Positions 31,939 through 43,356 are shown, counted from the first letter of the stretch. The stretch: 64,000 nt of DNA from an uncultured Gemmatimonadales bacterium (GCA_963701965.1 OY969695.1:4736001-4800000), one strand, 5' to 3'. Made by a program: numbers and translations. Notes: generated by a model not told the origin, from the sequence alone.

Positions 31939-33641
31939 TACACCCAGCTCTTCGTGTCGGCGCCGGGCGGTGCCGTCTTGATCATCCACTTCGCCATCTC
32001 CGGCATGAACCGCTGGTGCACGGTGAGCCGCCCATACCAATTCGGATGCTGGGCGTCGCCCGTCCAGCAGTGCTCGTACCGGTCGCCGTAAACGACCGTC
32101 GCATTGGCCGCTGGACTTTTCGCGCTGTCGAGGAAGGCTTGCAGGTAGGACACGGCGTTATTCAGATAGCCGTTGTCCATCGTGCCGATGTAGACATGGA
32201 GCTTGCCGGTGAGCTTGGGACCGAGCGTGCCCCAGTCCCGCTCCAGGATGTACCGGAGATCGTAGTGGTCCCGCCAATACGTCGCGACGTCCGGGTCGAT
32301 CGCGCCGGTCCGCTTGTCGTACAGCGGCTGGTAGTAGCCATCGGCGCCGACGGGCCCGAAGACCGCGGGCCAGATGTCCTGCTGCCCGCCGGATCGCCCG
32401 TGGGTGCCGAGGACCAATTCCACGAAGTTCCGGTCCTCGAAAGTCGAGTAGAGATGATCCCGGAAATCCCGATAGCCGGGCCGCGGCGTCTGCTTCCACG
32501 GGTTGTCGTCGTAGTAGTACGCGTTCTTGTCGTGATAGATATCGACCGACCGGTAGGCCCGGAAATCCACCGGGTCGGGGCAGAGGCCCCAGGCGCCGTT
32601 GTACTGGTCGGGATAGAAAATCTGCACGCCCAGTGCTTCCCAGCCGCCCGTCGAACCGCCAATGAGCGCGCGCGCCCATCCCTGACCGATGCCCCGGTAC
32701 TGCTTCTCGATGTACGGGAGGAGATCGTTCGTGATCGCGTCGCCGTAGGGTCCCACATTCGCGGAGTTGACCGCGTAGGAATCGTCGAAGTACGGGTTGG
32801 CGTGATTCACCTCGACGTGGATCATCCGGGGGAAATGCGGGCCATTCCACGCCTGGTAGAACGCGTAGGCCAGCTCTTGCTCGGTCCGCTGCTGGCCCGT
32901 CGCGTTGGCGTCCGGCGGCGTTTCGCGCCATCCGTCGGCCGCCATGTCCTTGAGAAAGTGGCCGTGATGCACGAGGACCGGGTAGTGGGCGTTGGGATGC
33001 GTGTCCCAACCCGCCGGCAACAGCACGATGGCGTTCAAGGACATCGGCCGGCCCCAGAACTTCGACAAGCGGTCATTGGGGACCGTGATGTACTTGACCA
33101 GCTTCGTGTCCTTGGGCGGCACGACCGGCGGCACCACCTGATCCATCACGATGCTGATCACGTCGGGCCGCGACGGATCGACGTGCATCTTCACGGGCTT
33201 GCTGTACAGGTTCCCGGGCTTGTTCGCCCAGCGCTGGCCCTCGCCTTGGTCGGGAGGCATCGAGATCGTGTGGCCATCGGATCGCTGGAACGTCTCGTAG
33301 CGATTGAACAGCGCCTGCACCCAGTAGTCCCCAACCGGCACGCTGGCCAAGTGGCGCGCCGGAAACCCGAACGCGGTCGAATCGATGATCGCGGCCTGTC
33401 CCGGCGCCAGACGGTCGACGTCGACGCCGAAGATCGGCCGCGTCGTGTTGGCCCGGTACTGGTCGGCCTGAAACCGCGGCTCGGTGCGCGGATCGTCCGA
33501 TATGAACAGCAGCACCCGGCCACTGAGCGGCTGCGCGTTCGCGGCGGAGGGGAAGGAGAGCGCGAAGCGCAGGGGCGCGCTCCCGCGCGAACAGGCACTG
33601 AGCACTCCGGCGCTCACGACGAGGAGCACGGCTCGTTTCAC
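31935..33641 (-). CDS. Lipoprotein esterase (alpha/beta hydrolase)
   Basis: Lipobox LSAC; GGSTGG nucleophile elbow; SYAVNSANVGPYGDA. Confidence 0.8.
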   Translation of the reverse strand: MKRAVLLVVSAGVLSACSRGSAPLRFALSFPSAANAQPLSGRVLLFISDDPRTEPRFQADQYRANTTRPIFGVDVDRLAPGQAAIIDSTAFGFPARHLASVPVGDYWVQALFNRYETFQRSDGHTISMPPDQGEGQRWANKPGNLYSKPVKMHVDPSRPDVISIVMDQVVPPVVPPKDTKLVKYITVPNDRLSKFWGRPMSLNAIVLLPAGWDTHPNAHYPVLVHHGHFLKDMAADGWRETPPDANATGQQRTEQELAYAFYQAWNGPHFPRMIHVEVNHANPYFDDSYAVNSANVGPYGDAITNDLLPYIEKQYRGIGQGWARALIGGSTGGWEALGVQIFYPDQYNGAWGLCPDPVDFRAYRSVDIYHDKNAYYYDDNPWKQTPRPGYRDFRDHLYSTFEDRNFVELVLGTHGRSGGQQDIWPAVFGPVGADGYYQPLYDKRTGAIDPDVATYWRDHYDLRYILERDWGTLGPKLTGKLHVYIGTMDNGYLNNAVSYLQAFLDSAKSPAANATVVYGDRYEHCWTGDAQHPNWYGRLTVHQRFMPEMAKWMIKTAPPGADTKSWVY

Positions 33642-33669
33642 TTCGACTCCAGTGTTAAGTTGCCGCGCC

Positions 33670-34881
33670 ATGACCACGGCCCCGGTGAAGGGACAACGCG
33701 CGGCGGTGTTGGCGAGCTACCTCGGATGGACGCTCGACGCGTTCGACTTCTTTCTCGTCGTGCTGTCGCTGACCGCGATCGCTGCCGAGTTTCATCGGTC
33801 CGACAAAGAGATCACGTATTCCCTGTTCCTGACGTTGGCGTGCCGGCCGATCGGCGCGATCGTATTCGGCCTCATGGCGGACCGCTATGGTCGCCGCCTG
33901 CCGCTCATGATCAATCTCGTGTTCTTCTCGCTGATCGAGGTGCTGTCCGGCCTGGCGCCGAGTTACCGCACGTTCCTCGTGTTGCGCGCGCTGTTCGGCA
34001 TCGGTATGGGCGGCGAGTGGGGGGTCGGCGCGGCGCTGGCGATGGAAAAAGCCACCCCGCGGCATCGCGGGCTGCTCTCGGCCCTGCTGCAGGAAGGGTA
34101 CGCCACGGGGTATCTGCTCGCGGCGCTCTGCTACTTCGTCGTGTTTCCGCGGTGGGGCTGGCGGCCGTTGTTCTTCATCGGCGGGCTTCCGGCCTTGCTC
34201 GCGATCTACGTACGCTTTCGCGTGACCGAATCCGAGGTCTGGGAACGCACCCGTCACGCCGACTGGCGCAGCTTGTTTCGCAACATCACCGGCCAGTGGC
34301 GGACGTTCCTCATGCTCGCCATCCTGCTCATGGCCATGAATCTCGTGTCGCACGGGACGCAGGATCTCTATCCCACCTTTCTCCAGCGGGACTTCGGGAT
34401 GGGCACCACATCCCGGGTGGCGCTGACGGCGCTGTCCATGGTGGGCGCGCTCATCGGCGGACTGGCCATTGGCGCGCTGTCCGATCATATCGGCCGTCGA
34501 CGCGCCATGCTGTTGGCCCTGGGCGGGGGGATCCTGATGATCCCGCTGTGGGCCTTCGCGCCGAATCTCGGACTCCTCGCGGCCGGCGCCTTTCTCATGC
34601 AATTCATGGTGCAGGGCGCCTGGGGGATCATCCCGGCGCACGTCACCGAGCTCTCGCCCGACGGCGTGCGGGGATTCATGCCGGGATTCGCGTACCAGTG
34701 CGGCGCCATGGGCTCGAGCTACGTGGGGCCATGGGAGGCCCAGCTCGCGCAGCACGTCGGCTACGCGCACGCCTTGGCGGTCACCGCCGTCGGGGTGTGT
34801 GCGCTGGCGATGATCATCGTGTGGCTGGGGGGCGAGCACCGTGGCGTGGTGTTCGGCGTCAGTTCCAGGGCATCCCCTTGA
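33670..34881 (+). CDS. MFS transporter, JEN/NanT-like
   Basis: GWTLDAFDF, DRYGRR, GIGMGGEWG, SHGTQDLYPTFL. Confidence 0.9.
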   Translation: MTTAPVKGQRAAVLASYLGWTLDAFDFFLVVLSLTAIAAEFHRSDKEITYSLFLTLACRPIGAIVFGLMADRYGRRLPLMINLVFFSLIEVLSGLAPSYRTFLVLRALFGIGMGGEWGVGAALAMEKATPRHRGLLSALLQEGYATGYLLAALCYFVVFPRWGWRPLFFIGGLPALLAIYVRFRVTESEVWERTRHADWRSLFRNITGQWRTFLMLAILLMAMNLVSHGTQDLYPTFLQRDFGMGTTSRVALTALSMVGALIGGLAIGALSDHIGRRRAMLLALGGGILMIPLWAFAPNLGLLAAGAFLMQFMVQGAWGIIPAHVTELSPDGVRGFMPGFAYQCGAMGSSYVGPWEAQLAQHVGYAHALAVTAVGVCALAMIIVWLGGEHRGVVFGVSSRASP

Positions 34882-35834
34882 GCTGATCGAGGTTGACGTT
34901 CCCGCCGGAGAGGACGCAGACGACTTTGGCGCCGGCGGGTGCCGGAATCAGCCCCTTGCGGAGCGCGGCCACGGTGGCCGCGGCGGCCCCTTCCACTACC
35001 AGCTTGCAGTGCCCCATGATCCACCGCACGCCGTCGAAGATCTCCGCATCGGGCAGCGTGACGATGTCGTCAACGTAGCGGCGCACCACTTCCAGCGTTT
35101 GCGTGCCGACGCGCTTGACGCGGAGGCCGTCGATGATGCAGTCGACCTGGGGCAGGGTCACGACCTGCGACGCGCGCACGCTCTCCAACATCCCGGGCGC
35201 GCCCGATGACTCGACGCCGAAGATCTTCACCGCCGGCTTGCGCGACTTGGCCGCCATGGAGACGCCGGAGATCAGCCCGCCGCCGCCGATGGGCACGACG
35301 ATGATATCGACGTCCGGATGGTCATCCATGATCTCGTGGCCCAGCGTCCCTTGGCCGGCGATCAGGTCGAGGTCATCGAACGGATGGACGTAGGTGAGCC
35401 CCCGCTCGGCCACGAGCTGCTTGGCATGGTCGTTGGCTTCGTCCCAGATCGAGCCGTGTAGCACCACTTCCGCGCCGTATGCGCGCGTGGCCTCGATCTT
35501 CGAGGGGGTCGCATTCGTCGCCATCACCGACGACGGCGCGCACGCCGTAGATCGCGGCGGCCAGCGCGACGCCCTGCGCGTGGTTGCCCGCGGATGAGCA
35601 GATGACGCCGCGTTGACGCTCCTCCGCCGTCAGCTCGGCGAGCTTGTTGAGGGGCCCGCGCACCTTGTACGACCCCGTCCGCTGAAACACTTCGGCCTTG
35701 AGCCGCACGTCGAGCCCCGTCTCGCGGCTCAGGAGCCGCGACGTCAGCAACGGGGTGTGATAGGCGTGCGCCGACACGCGGCGGCGCGCCTCGGCCCATA
35801 CGGCGGGAGTGAGCGGAATACTGTGACGGGACAT
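34859..35834 (-). CDS. PLP-dependent threonine/serine dehydratase (frameshift near 35527)
   Basis: KAEVFQRTGSYKVRG, SAGNHAQGVA, IGGGGLISG, LSGGN. Confidence 0.88.
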
Positions 35835-35969
35835 CAAATCTCCTACGGTGCGGTGAGAACAGATGCGGAGGCTACCGCGCGGGCGCGACGGGCGCTTGAA
35901 TGCGGGCGCACTCGGTTTGAAGGGGGACGACCTATTGACGCGACATCCCTGGGCTTCTACGATAGCGGA

Positions 35970-36779
35970 GTGCTCCAACTAGCGCACGGCGAGTTTTGGG
36001 GACAGGGCTCGATCATCCGACAGACGGCCGATCTGCTGTTCTTCGAGACGTGCCACGCCCCGAATGTGCGGTTGCCCCGGCATGTGCACGAGCATCCGTA
36101 CTTCTGTTTCGTGGTCAGCGGATCGCTCACCGAAATCTCGCACGGTCACGCGCGCGCCTGCACGCCGGGCACCGTCATCTTCAATCCCGCGGACGCCGAG
36201 CATAGTGACGAGATCGGCGCGCGGGGCTGCCGGTGCTTCGCCGTCCAATTGGAGCCGGCATGGTCGGCCGGACGGTTCGACGCCAAGCGTTATCCGGAAT
36301 GGGTCACGGTGTCGGGTGGCACGGCGTCGTTCCTGGCCGCGCGCCTGCGCCGCGAGGCCCGGAGCTGGGAGCCGACATCGCCGCTCGTGATCGAGGGCAT
36401 CCTGCTGCTGCTGTCGGCGGAAGCCCTCCGTACCGATCGGCGTCACGGCGAGCGCCGGCAACCCGACTGGCTCACGCGCGCCGCCCAGCGACTCGATGTC
36501 GACTTTCGCTCCCCACCCAGTGTGCGCGATCTCGCGGTCAATGCCGGCGTGCACCCCGCCTACTTCGCGCGGTGTTTTCGCGCCTTCCTCGGTTGCGCGC
36601 CCGGGTCCTACGCCCGGACGCGCCGGCTCATGTGGGCGCGCGAGGAGCTGGGCCGCGGGCGCCCGTTCATCGAGATCGCGCTCGAGGCCGGGTTCGCCGA
36701 CCAGGCACACTTCACGCGCGAGTTCAAACGCGGCTTCGGGATCACGCCGTCGGAGTTTCGCCGCACCCTCGTCCGCTGA
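35970..36779 (+). CDS. AraC-family transcriptional regulator
   Basis: PRHVHE cupin; AGVHPAYFAR, GFADQAHFTREFK; TTGACG/TACGAT just upstream. Confidence 0.9.
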   Translation: MLQLAHGEFWGQGSIIRQTADLLFFETCHAPNVRLPRHVHEHPYFCFVVSGSLTEISHGHARACTPGTVIFNPADAEHSDEIGARGCRCFAVQLEPAWSAGRFDAKRYPEWVTVSGGTASFLAARLRREARSWEPTSPLVIEGILLLLSAEALRTDRRHGERRQPDWLTRAAQRLDVDFRSPPSVRDLAVNAGVHPAYFARCFRAFLGCAPGSYARTRRLMWAREELGRGRPFIEIALEAGFADQAHFTREFKRGFGITPSEFRRTLVR

Positions 36780-36818
36780 CCGGTCCCCCGGTACCCGGCT
36801 CCGGTCCCTGGATACCGG

Positions 36819-37929
36819 GTGCCGGTCCCCCGGTCCATAGCTCTCAAGGCGGCGATATATATAGTCCAGCGCGTGGCAGCCTGGACCGGAACTGTCGTGG
36901 ACGACGAGAGGGCGGTGACAGCCGCCCTTTCGCGTGCCCCGGAAATCGAAGGGGACAACGGGGCCACCACGGACCCACGCCTCCGGCCCGCCTATCTCTG
37001 GCTCCGCTCGCCGCGCCCCACCCTCGCGCCACTCGCCGTGCTGGTCCGCGACGATCGCCAACGCCTCGCCGGCGTGGTCTTCGCGCGGGAGGAGTGCACG
37101 CGGGGATTTCGCGCGGGCCTGCTCAAGCTGGGTGACGCGAGCGGGGATAATCTCGTGCTGGCCCGTCCCGGTGCGGCCGCCGAGGTCGTTCGAGTCGCGC
37201 TCAACCGCCTGGTCGCCTTGCGCCGCGTACACAGCTTCGTGATCAACGTGCGATCCGATGCATCGGGTCTGGCCGGCGTTGTCGCCGCGCTGCCCAATGC
37301 CCGCATTGCCTGGGGCTCCTATACCAGCCGCAGTCGCATGCCGCTGCCCGCGACGCTCGAGGATCTGGTGCTGCGGTTCGTGCGGCACAGCCGCCGGAAT
37401 CTGCGCGTCTACCCGGCCCGCGCCGAACGCGCCGGCATCCAATTTCGGTCCGCGCTCGACGCGGCGACGTTCCTCGCGGCGTTCGAGTCCGTGCGCCAGC
37501 AGTGCGATTATTGGAACGGATTCGATCCCAACGCCATGCTGGACGGTCAACCCGAAGCCCTGCGGGCCGGCTTGGTGTCGGCGGCCGGCGAGTGGCTGGG
37601 CGTCGTGGCCGGCTGGCGATACGGTGACCGCGCGTTCGTGGCCGTACAGCTCAATCACCGGGGATATCGCGATGCGTCCCTGTCGATCGTGCAGCGTGTG
37701 CGTCTGATCGAGCATTCTGATCGCGGGCGGCGTGCGCGAGCTGGTGTTCATGGGCGACTGCGCGGGACGCATGCGCTCCGGCTGCCTCGCCGAGCGGGTG
37801 ACCCGCGCGGTGGTGGAGCTGCGCACGCCGGCGACGACGTTGGTCAAACACGTCGTGCATAGCCTCAGGCCGGCGCTGGGCAAGCGGCTCTGGCCCGGCC
37901 TGGGGATCGATCACACCATGCTGTACTAG
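36819..37929 (+). CDS. Hypothetical protein, possible GNAT/CelD-like (frameshift near 37715; start uncertain)
   Basis: LAGVVF, RRNLRVY segments; frame restored to EHLIAGGVRELVFMG. Confidence 0.45.
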
Positions 37930-38113
37930 GTCGGCCGCCGCGGTCGCCAGGCAGCCAGCTCAATTACTTTCGCAACACGACGCTTGATGTGCTTGTGGCG
38001 CAGTGTGTTGACGCGCTGATCTCGAGTTATTTCGAGCCGAAGCAGGCGCGGGTGTCGTGGCGCGCTCGGGAGCAGCACCAGGCCGCGCCGGCCCTCGTCG
38101 AGTGTGTCCACGC

Positions 38114-38518
38114 TCAGCGTCTCGTGACCTGGCGCAGGAGGCGCCGCGTGTCGACGCGGCGCAGCCAGGCGAGGGCGATCAGGCCCCCGCAGCACAGCAC
38201 GGCCGGAGCGGTCGGTTGGGTCGGCACAATGACGGTCGTGTAGATCGCACCGAACATCACCGGGATGAGCGCCAGGGCGGCGAGGCCGCTCAGAGCGGGC
38301 GTGAACAGCAAGAGCCCGCAGGAGATCTCGACGGCGCCGATCGCGTAGCGCAACCACTCGCCGACGCCGATGGCTCGGAACAGGGTCACGAACGCCGCGT
38401 TGCCGGTCAGCTTCCCGAGACCGGCCATGACGTAGACCATTCCGAGACCGATCTGCAGAATCCACACAACGATCGGTGTGGTGGCGGACGTCGATTCGCG
38501 GGGTTGGGCAAGAGCCAT
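38114..38518 (-). CDS. DoxX-family membrane protein
   Basis: WILQIGLG..AGLGKL, WLRYAIGAVEISCGLLL. Confidence 0.85.
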   Translation of the reverse strand: MALAQPRESTSATTPIVVWILQIGLGMVYVMAGLGKLTGNAAFVTLFRAIGVGEWLRYAIGAVEISCGLLLFTPALSGLAALALIPVMFGAIYTTVIVPTQPTAPAVLCCGGLIALAWLRRVDTRRLLRQVTRR

Positions 38519-38673
38519 CGCTAGCGGGCTGAACAGGGGAATGGCACGGAGTGCGAGTACTGAGCGGTCTCCTGGCGAACGTAGGGAGAGCCTGATGCCC
38601 CGGCGACAGGCGTTGGGCAAACGACATCTGGCGCGGGGTGAACGACGCCTGCCGGTGCCTAGATTTCCGCCGC

Positions 38674-39816
38674 ATGAAAAGTCCCGCGCTCCGATTCGTT
38701 CTCCTGCTCGGCGTCGTGAGCTTGTTCGGCGACATGACGTACGAAGGGGCGCGCAGTGTGACCGGTCCGTTCCTCGGGGCTTTCGGCGTGAGCGCCGTCA
38801 TCGTCGGAACGGTCGCCGGCGCGGGAGAGTTGGTCGGCTACGCGCTGCGGTTGGCCTCGGGACTCTTCGCCGACCGGACGCATCGCTTCTGGTCGACGAC
38901 GATCGTCGGATACGCGATCAACCTCTTCTCCGTGCCGCTCCTGGCACTGGCGCACCAGTGGCAAATTGCCGCCGTCCTCATCGTGCTGGAACGCAGCGGA
39001 CGCGCCATCCGGAAGCCGCCGGTGGACGCGATGCTCTCGCACGCGGCCAGCAGCATGGGGCAGGGATGGGCCTTCGGCCTGCGCGAGGCGCTCGACCAGA
39101 CGGGGGCCGTCCTCGGTCCGCTCACCGTGGCCTGGGTTCTGGCGCGGCACCTGGGCTATCCCGTCGCCTACGCGGTTCTCGCGGTCCCCGCGGCGCTTTC
39201 GTTTCTGTTCCTGTTGTTCGCCGCGCGGGCCTACCCGCGCCCGCGCGATCTCGAAGTGTCCGTGCCCGCCGCGATCGACGCCGTGGGTATCCCGCGGCGA
39301 TTCTGGCTGTACGTGGCGGCCGGCGCGTGCGTGGCCGCGGGGACGGTCGATTTTCCGCTCGCCGCCTACCATCTCGCGCGCCACTCGATCGTGCCCGTGG
39401 CGACGGTGCCGATGCTGTACGCACTGGCGATGGGAGCCGCGGCGATCTCGGCGCCTCTCGTCGGCTGGTTGATGGATCGGCGCGGCATGCCGGTGCTCGT
39501 GGCTACGGTGGCCGTGACCGCGGCCGCCGCGCCGTTGTTGTTCCTGACGGGCGCGGCCGGTGTCGTGCTCGGCGCCGGCGTATGGGGTGTCAGCACGGCG
39601 CTCCAGGATGCCACGGTTCGCGCCATGCTGGCGCGGATCGTGCCGCCGGATCGTCGCGCCAGCGCGTACGGTATGTTCGACGGGATCTTTGGTGTCGCCT
39701 GGTTCGCGGGGAGCGCGGCAATGGGCGCGCTGTATGGATGGGCTCCGCTGGCGCTGGTGCTGGTGTCGGTTGGCCTTCAACTCATCAGCATTCCCCTGTT
39801 TCTCTTGGCGGCATGA
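38674..39816 (+). CDS. MFS transporter
   Basis: SLFGDMTYEGARS, ERSGRAIRKPP, EALDQTGA; many TM helices. Confidence 0.9.
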   Translation: MKSPALRFVLLLGVVSLFGDMTYEGARSVTGPFLGAFGVSAVIVGTVAGAGELVGYALRLASGLFADRTHRFWSTTIVGYAINLFSVPLLALAHQWQIAAVLIVLERSGRAIRKPPVDAMLSHAASSMGQGWAFGLREALDQTGAVLGPLTVAWVLARHLGYPVAYAVLAVPAALSFLFLLFAARAYPRPRDLEVSVPAAIDAVGIPRRFWLYVAAGACVAAGTVDFPLAAYHLARHSIVPVATVPMLYALAMGAAAISAPLVGWLMDRRGMPVLVATVAVTAAAAPLLFLTGAAGVVLGAGVWGVSTALQDATVRAMLARIVPPDRRASAYGMFDGIFGVAWFAGSAAMGALYGWAPLALVLVSVGLQLISIPLFLLAA

Positions 39817-40712
39817 GAATTCTCATCATCGGTGCGACCGGGTACGTCGGGTCGGCGGCCAGCGCGGCTCTCCGGCGGCGCGGGCACGAAGTCATCGGCA
39901 CGGCGCGCACCCCCGAGGCGGCCGTCGCGCTCGAGTCGCGCGGCGATCTCGCCGTGGCGGGCGATGTCCAACACCCGCGCGCGCTGGCGGACATCGCCGG
40001 CTCCGCCGACGGGGTGATTTATGCCGTGCAATTGAGCGGCGCCGGGCCCGATGCCGCGTTCGCGACCGAACGGGATGCGCTGTCGGCGATCCTCGAGGCC
40101 TTGGCGGACTCCGACACGCCGTTCGTGTACACCAGCGGCGTGTGGTACTACGGCGCCACCAATGGCGCCGTCGCCGACGAAGACACGCCCCCCAATCCAC
40201 CCGCGCTGGTCGCCCGGCGCCCGGAGCTGGAGCGCCTCGTGTTGGCCGGGGCGGACCGCGGCGTGCGCACGATCGTGCTCCGACCGGGTGTCGTCTACGG
40301 TCTGGGCCGTGGGTTGCCGGCACTGTTCTCCAAATCGGCGCGGAAGGATGGCGCAGCGCGCTACATCGGCGACGGCGCCTACGTCTGGCCGGTCGTGCAC
40401 GTGGATGATCTGGGCGGGCTCTTCGCGCTGGCGATCGAGGAAGGCGAGCCGCGGCACGTCTTCAACGCCTCCGACGGATCGGCCTTTCGCGTCCGCGACA
40501 TGGCCGAGGCGGCCAGTCGTGGCGCCGGCCAGGGAGGACGCACGGTGAGTTGGCCGATCGACGAGGCGCGGCGCACGCTCGGCCCCCTGGTGGATGCCCT
40601 GGTGCTCGATCAGCGCATCTCATCGGATCGCGCCCGCACGTTGCTGGGATGGCGGACGCGCGCATCGACCATTCTCGACGATCTGGAGCGCGGATCGTAC
40701 GCAGACGCGTGA
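39813..40712 (+). CDS. NAD-dependent epimerase/dehydratase
   Basis: IIGATGYVG, YTSGVW, LRPGVVYG, VHVDDL. Confidence 0.9.
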   Translation: MRILIIGATGYVGSAASAALRRRGHEVIGTARTPEAAVALESRGDLAVAGDVQHPRALADIAGSADGVIYAVQLSGAGPDAAFATERDALSAILEALADSDTPFVYTSGVWYYGATNGAVADEDTPPNPPALVARRPELERLVLAGADRGVRTIVLRPGVVYGLGRGLPALFSKSARKDGAARYIGDGAYVWPVVHVDDLGGLFALAIEEGEPRHVFNASDGSAFRVRDMAEAASRGAGQGGRTVSWPIDEARRTLGPLVDALVLDQRISSDRARTLLGWRTRASTILDDLERGSYADA

Positions 40713-43285
40713 GAGGCGCCCTGGGGGGGTGGGTCCTCATCCTCGCGGTGGCGGCGCCCGCCTGGGGTCAAGCCGTCCCCATTCCCGATAGCGTGGCCGA
40801 ATCGCCCGTCGTCAACGGCACGACCAAGCCGGTGCCGATTCTCGACAGCGCGACCGTCACGCCGGGACCTGGTTATCACGCCGGGTGGTTCACGCGGTTC
40901 CTCGTGGGCTCCGGATACCGGGACCTGTGGACCACGCCGGTGCGCGTGCCCGTGATCGATCTCGATCGCTTCGCCGGGGGCGTCACAGTGCTCAAGCGGG
41001 GCGCGACCGGTGGGCAGACGTGGTCGCTGCACGTGCGCGGCGCGGACGGCAACGAGTACACCCTGCGGTCCGTCGACAAGCACGTGAAGTTGAATCCCGA
41101 GGTCGGCTCCGGGACCGTCGCCTGGTTGCTCCGCGATCAGATCAGCGCGGGGTTGGCGACGGGTGCCCTCATCGTCGCGCCGCTGTTGCGCGCGGCGCAG
41201 GTGCCGCACGTGGAGCCGACGCTCGTCGTCCTGCCGGACAGTCCGCGGCTCGGCGAGTACCGCCGGCAGTTCGCCGGCCTCCTGGTGTGGGTCGAGGCGC
41301 GGCCGCGCGACAACGTGGTCCGCACCGACCGGGTCATGCGCGAGATCTCGGGCAAGGTCACCGAGCGGTTCGACAGCCGCGCGTATCTGCGCGCGCGCCT
41401 GATGGACATCGTCGTCGGGGATTGGGATCGCGGGCGACTGCAATGGTGGTACCAGCGATCGGGGCCCAAGCGTGATCATCTCTGGACGCCCATCCCGCAT
41501 GATCGGGATTGGGCATTCGCGAATCATGACGGGTTGCTGTACGATCTGATCCGGCCGAACGTGCCGTGGTTCGTCACCTACAAGCCGAAGTATCCCGCTC
41601 TCCTCGGTCTCGAGGCGCAGGCGTGGGGTGAGGACCGGCGATACTTGCAAGATCTGGAGAAGCCGGCGTGGGACTCGGTGGCGCAGGCGCTGCACGCCGC
41701 GCTGACGGACTCCGTGATCGACGACGCGGTGGCGCACCTTCCGCCGGCGCAACAGCAATTGTTCGGCGAGCGACTCCGGCAGGCGTTGCGGGGGCGGCGG
41801 GATGCGATTCCGTCGATGGCGAGCTCGTTCTATCACACGGTCGCCGGGCAAGCGGACGTCCATCTGGTGAAGGTGCCGTCGATCGTCGACATCCGCCGGT
41901 GGTCGGACACGGTGGAGATTCGCGCTCGGACGCGGGACGATGCGACGGTGTACTACACGCGGCGGTTCGCACGGGTGGAGTCGCGAGAGGTGCGGCTGTA
42001 CCTCGATGGGGGGCCGGACAGCGTCACCATGAGCGGTAGTGGCGACGGCATCATGGTGCGCTTGATCGCCGGGGCTGACGGCAATGTGCTGGTGGAGCAT
42101 CGGGAGCCGGCGTCGGGTCCCACGCGAGTCTATGATGGCGGGCATCCTCTGCGGGTGCTGGCCGGCGAGCCGGCGGTTGATTCGCGGTCGTACGAGACGC
42201 CGAAGTTGCCGGCCGACGTGCTGGAGCCCGAGCGGCAGCCGGTCGCCTACTTGCTCCGCGACGCGGGGTCGAATTGTGTCCCGGTGTCGACCGGGCAGAT
42301 CAGCTCAGTGGCGGGCGTCAGTGTCGAGACGGGGTACACCTGCGACGCCTATGGCTTTCGGCGGATTCCCTTCGCGATCGAGCAGACGGCCACGGTTGGC
42401 TACACGTTCGGGCCCGCGGGGATCATCGGACATTACACCGGCACATTGCGGGCGACCGGTGGCTCGCCGCTGTGGAGCCTCAGGGCCTTCGGCACGTCGG
42501 CAGAGTACACGTGGTTTTACGGCATAGGCAACAACACGCCGCGGACGCTCGACGACAATGACCATCGGGCGCGCCAATCGCATTTCGAGCTGGCGCCATC
42601 GGTTTCCTTCCTTCCCACCGATCATCTGACGCTTACGGTCGGACCGGAGCTCCGCTACTGGGACACGGAGCGATCCCCGCTGTTCTTCGCTCAGACGGTG
42701 CCGTATGGGAGCGGGCCGTTTGGCACGCTGAGCGCGGCGGGAAGCGTGGTGTACGACTCGCGCAGTATCACGGTGGTGGACAGCGCGGGATTCCGTGTGG
42801 CCCTTTCGGGTCGCGGCGTTCCCGCGTGGTGGAATGCGGATCACGCCTACGCGACCGGGCACGCGGAGGCCGCGGGGTTCGTCATCCTCGGGACGATCCC
42901 GACCACTCCAACGCTGGTCGGGCGCCTCGGCGCTGACAAGGTCTGGGGGACGGCGCCGTTTCAGGACCTGGCAAGCATTGGTAGTCCGAACGTCCGCGGG
43001 TTCTTTCCTGGCCGCTTCACGGGGCAAGCGGCGGTGTATCAGCAGTCTCAGATCCTCTTCACGCTGGCGCATGCGACCATCGTCGCGCCCGCCAATCTCG
43101 GCGTCCTGGCGCTCAACAATGTGGGGCGCGCGTTCGCCTCCGGCGAGCACTCGACGCAGTGGCATGATGCCTACGGCGGCGGACTCTGGGGGTCGTTTCT
43201 GGGGCGGCGCTACTTGATCACGCTGACGATCGCCCACAGTCCGGAGCGGAACGTCATCTCCGCGGGGTTCGGGATCGGCTGGTGA
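40709..43285 (+). CDS. Omp85-family outer-membrane protein with kinase-like N-terminal domain
   Basis: GYRDLW, LRSVDK, GDWDR, PIPHDRD; VRGF..GRFTG Omp85 motif; terminal W. Confidence 0.7.
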   Translation: MRGALGGWVLILAVAAPAWGQAVPIPDSVAESPVVNGTTKPVPILDSATVTPGPGYHAGWFTRFLVGSGYRDLWTTPVRVPVIDLDRFAGGVTVLKRGATGGQTWSLHVRGADGNEYTLRSVDKHVKLNPEVGSGTVAWLLRDQISAGLATGALIVAPLLRAAQVPHVEPTLVVLPDSPRLGEYRRQFAGLLVWVEARPRDNVVRTDRVMREISGKVTERFDSRAYLRARLMDIVVGDWDRGRLQWWYQRSGPKRDHLWTPIPHDRDWAFANHDGLLYDLIRPNVPWFVTYKPKYPALLGLEAQAWGEDRRYLQDLEKPAWDSVAQALHAALTDSVIDDAVAHLPPAQQQLFGERLRQALRGRRDAIPSMASSFYHTVAGQADVHLVKVPSIVDIRRWSDTVEIRARTRDDATVYYTRRFARVESREVRLYLDGGPDSVTMSGSGDGIMVRLIAGADGNVLVEHREPASGPTRVYDGGHPLRVLAGEPAVDSRSYETPKLPADVLEPERQPVAYLLRDAGSNCVPVSTGQISSVAGVSVETGYTCDAYGFRRIPFAIEQTATVGYTFGPAGIIGHYTGTLRATGGSPLWSLRAFGTSAEYTWFYGIGNNTPRTLDDNDHRARQSHFELAPSVSFLPTDHLTLTVGPELRYWDTERSPLFFAQTVPYGSGPFGTLSAAGSVVYDSRSITVVDSAGFRVALSGRGVPAWWNADHAYATGHAEAAGFVILGTIPTTPTLVGRLGADKVWGTAPFQDLASIGSPNVRGFFPGRFTGQAAVYQQSQILFTLAHATIVAPANLGVLALNNVGRAFASGEHSTQWHDAYGGGLWGSFLGRRYLITLTIAHSPERNVISAGFGIGW

Positions 43286-43356
43286 GCAGCTTGATCTCGG
43301 CGCAGCCGAGATCTGTCCAACCGCCCGATCTAGCAGGTGCGTTGTTCAGCACCCTG

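Noticed and set aside
36780..36836. Short CCGGTCCCCCGGT repeats and a hairpin after araC
   Set aside because: Too short and irregular for CRISPR; at most a terminator or REP-like element
5624..42145. Long antisense or alternate-frame ORFs (e.g. 13906-16656, 32016-34886, 9386-11260, 35979-37883, N-extension of 5102-7429)
   Set aside because: Shadow ORFs of real genes in high-GC DNA, with no recognisable motifs
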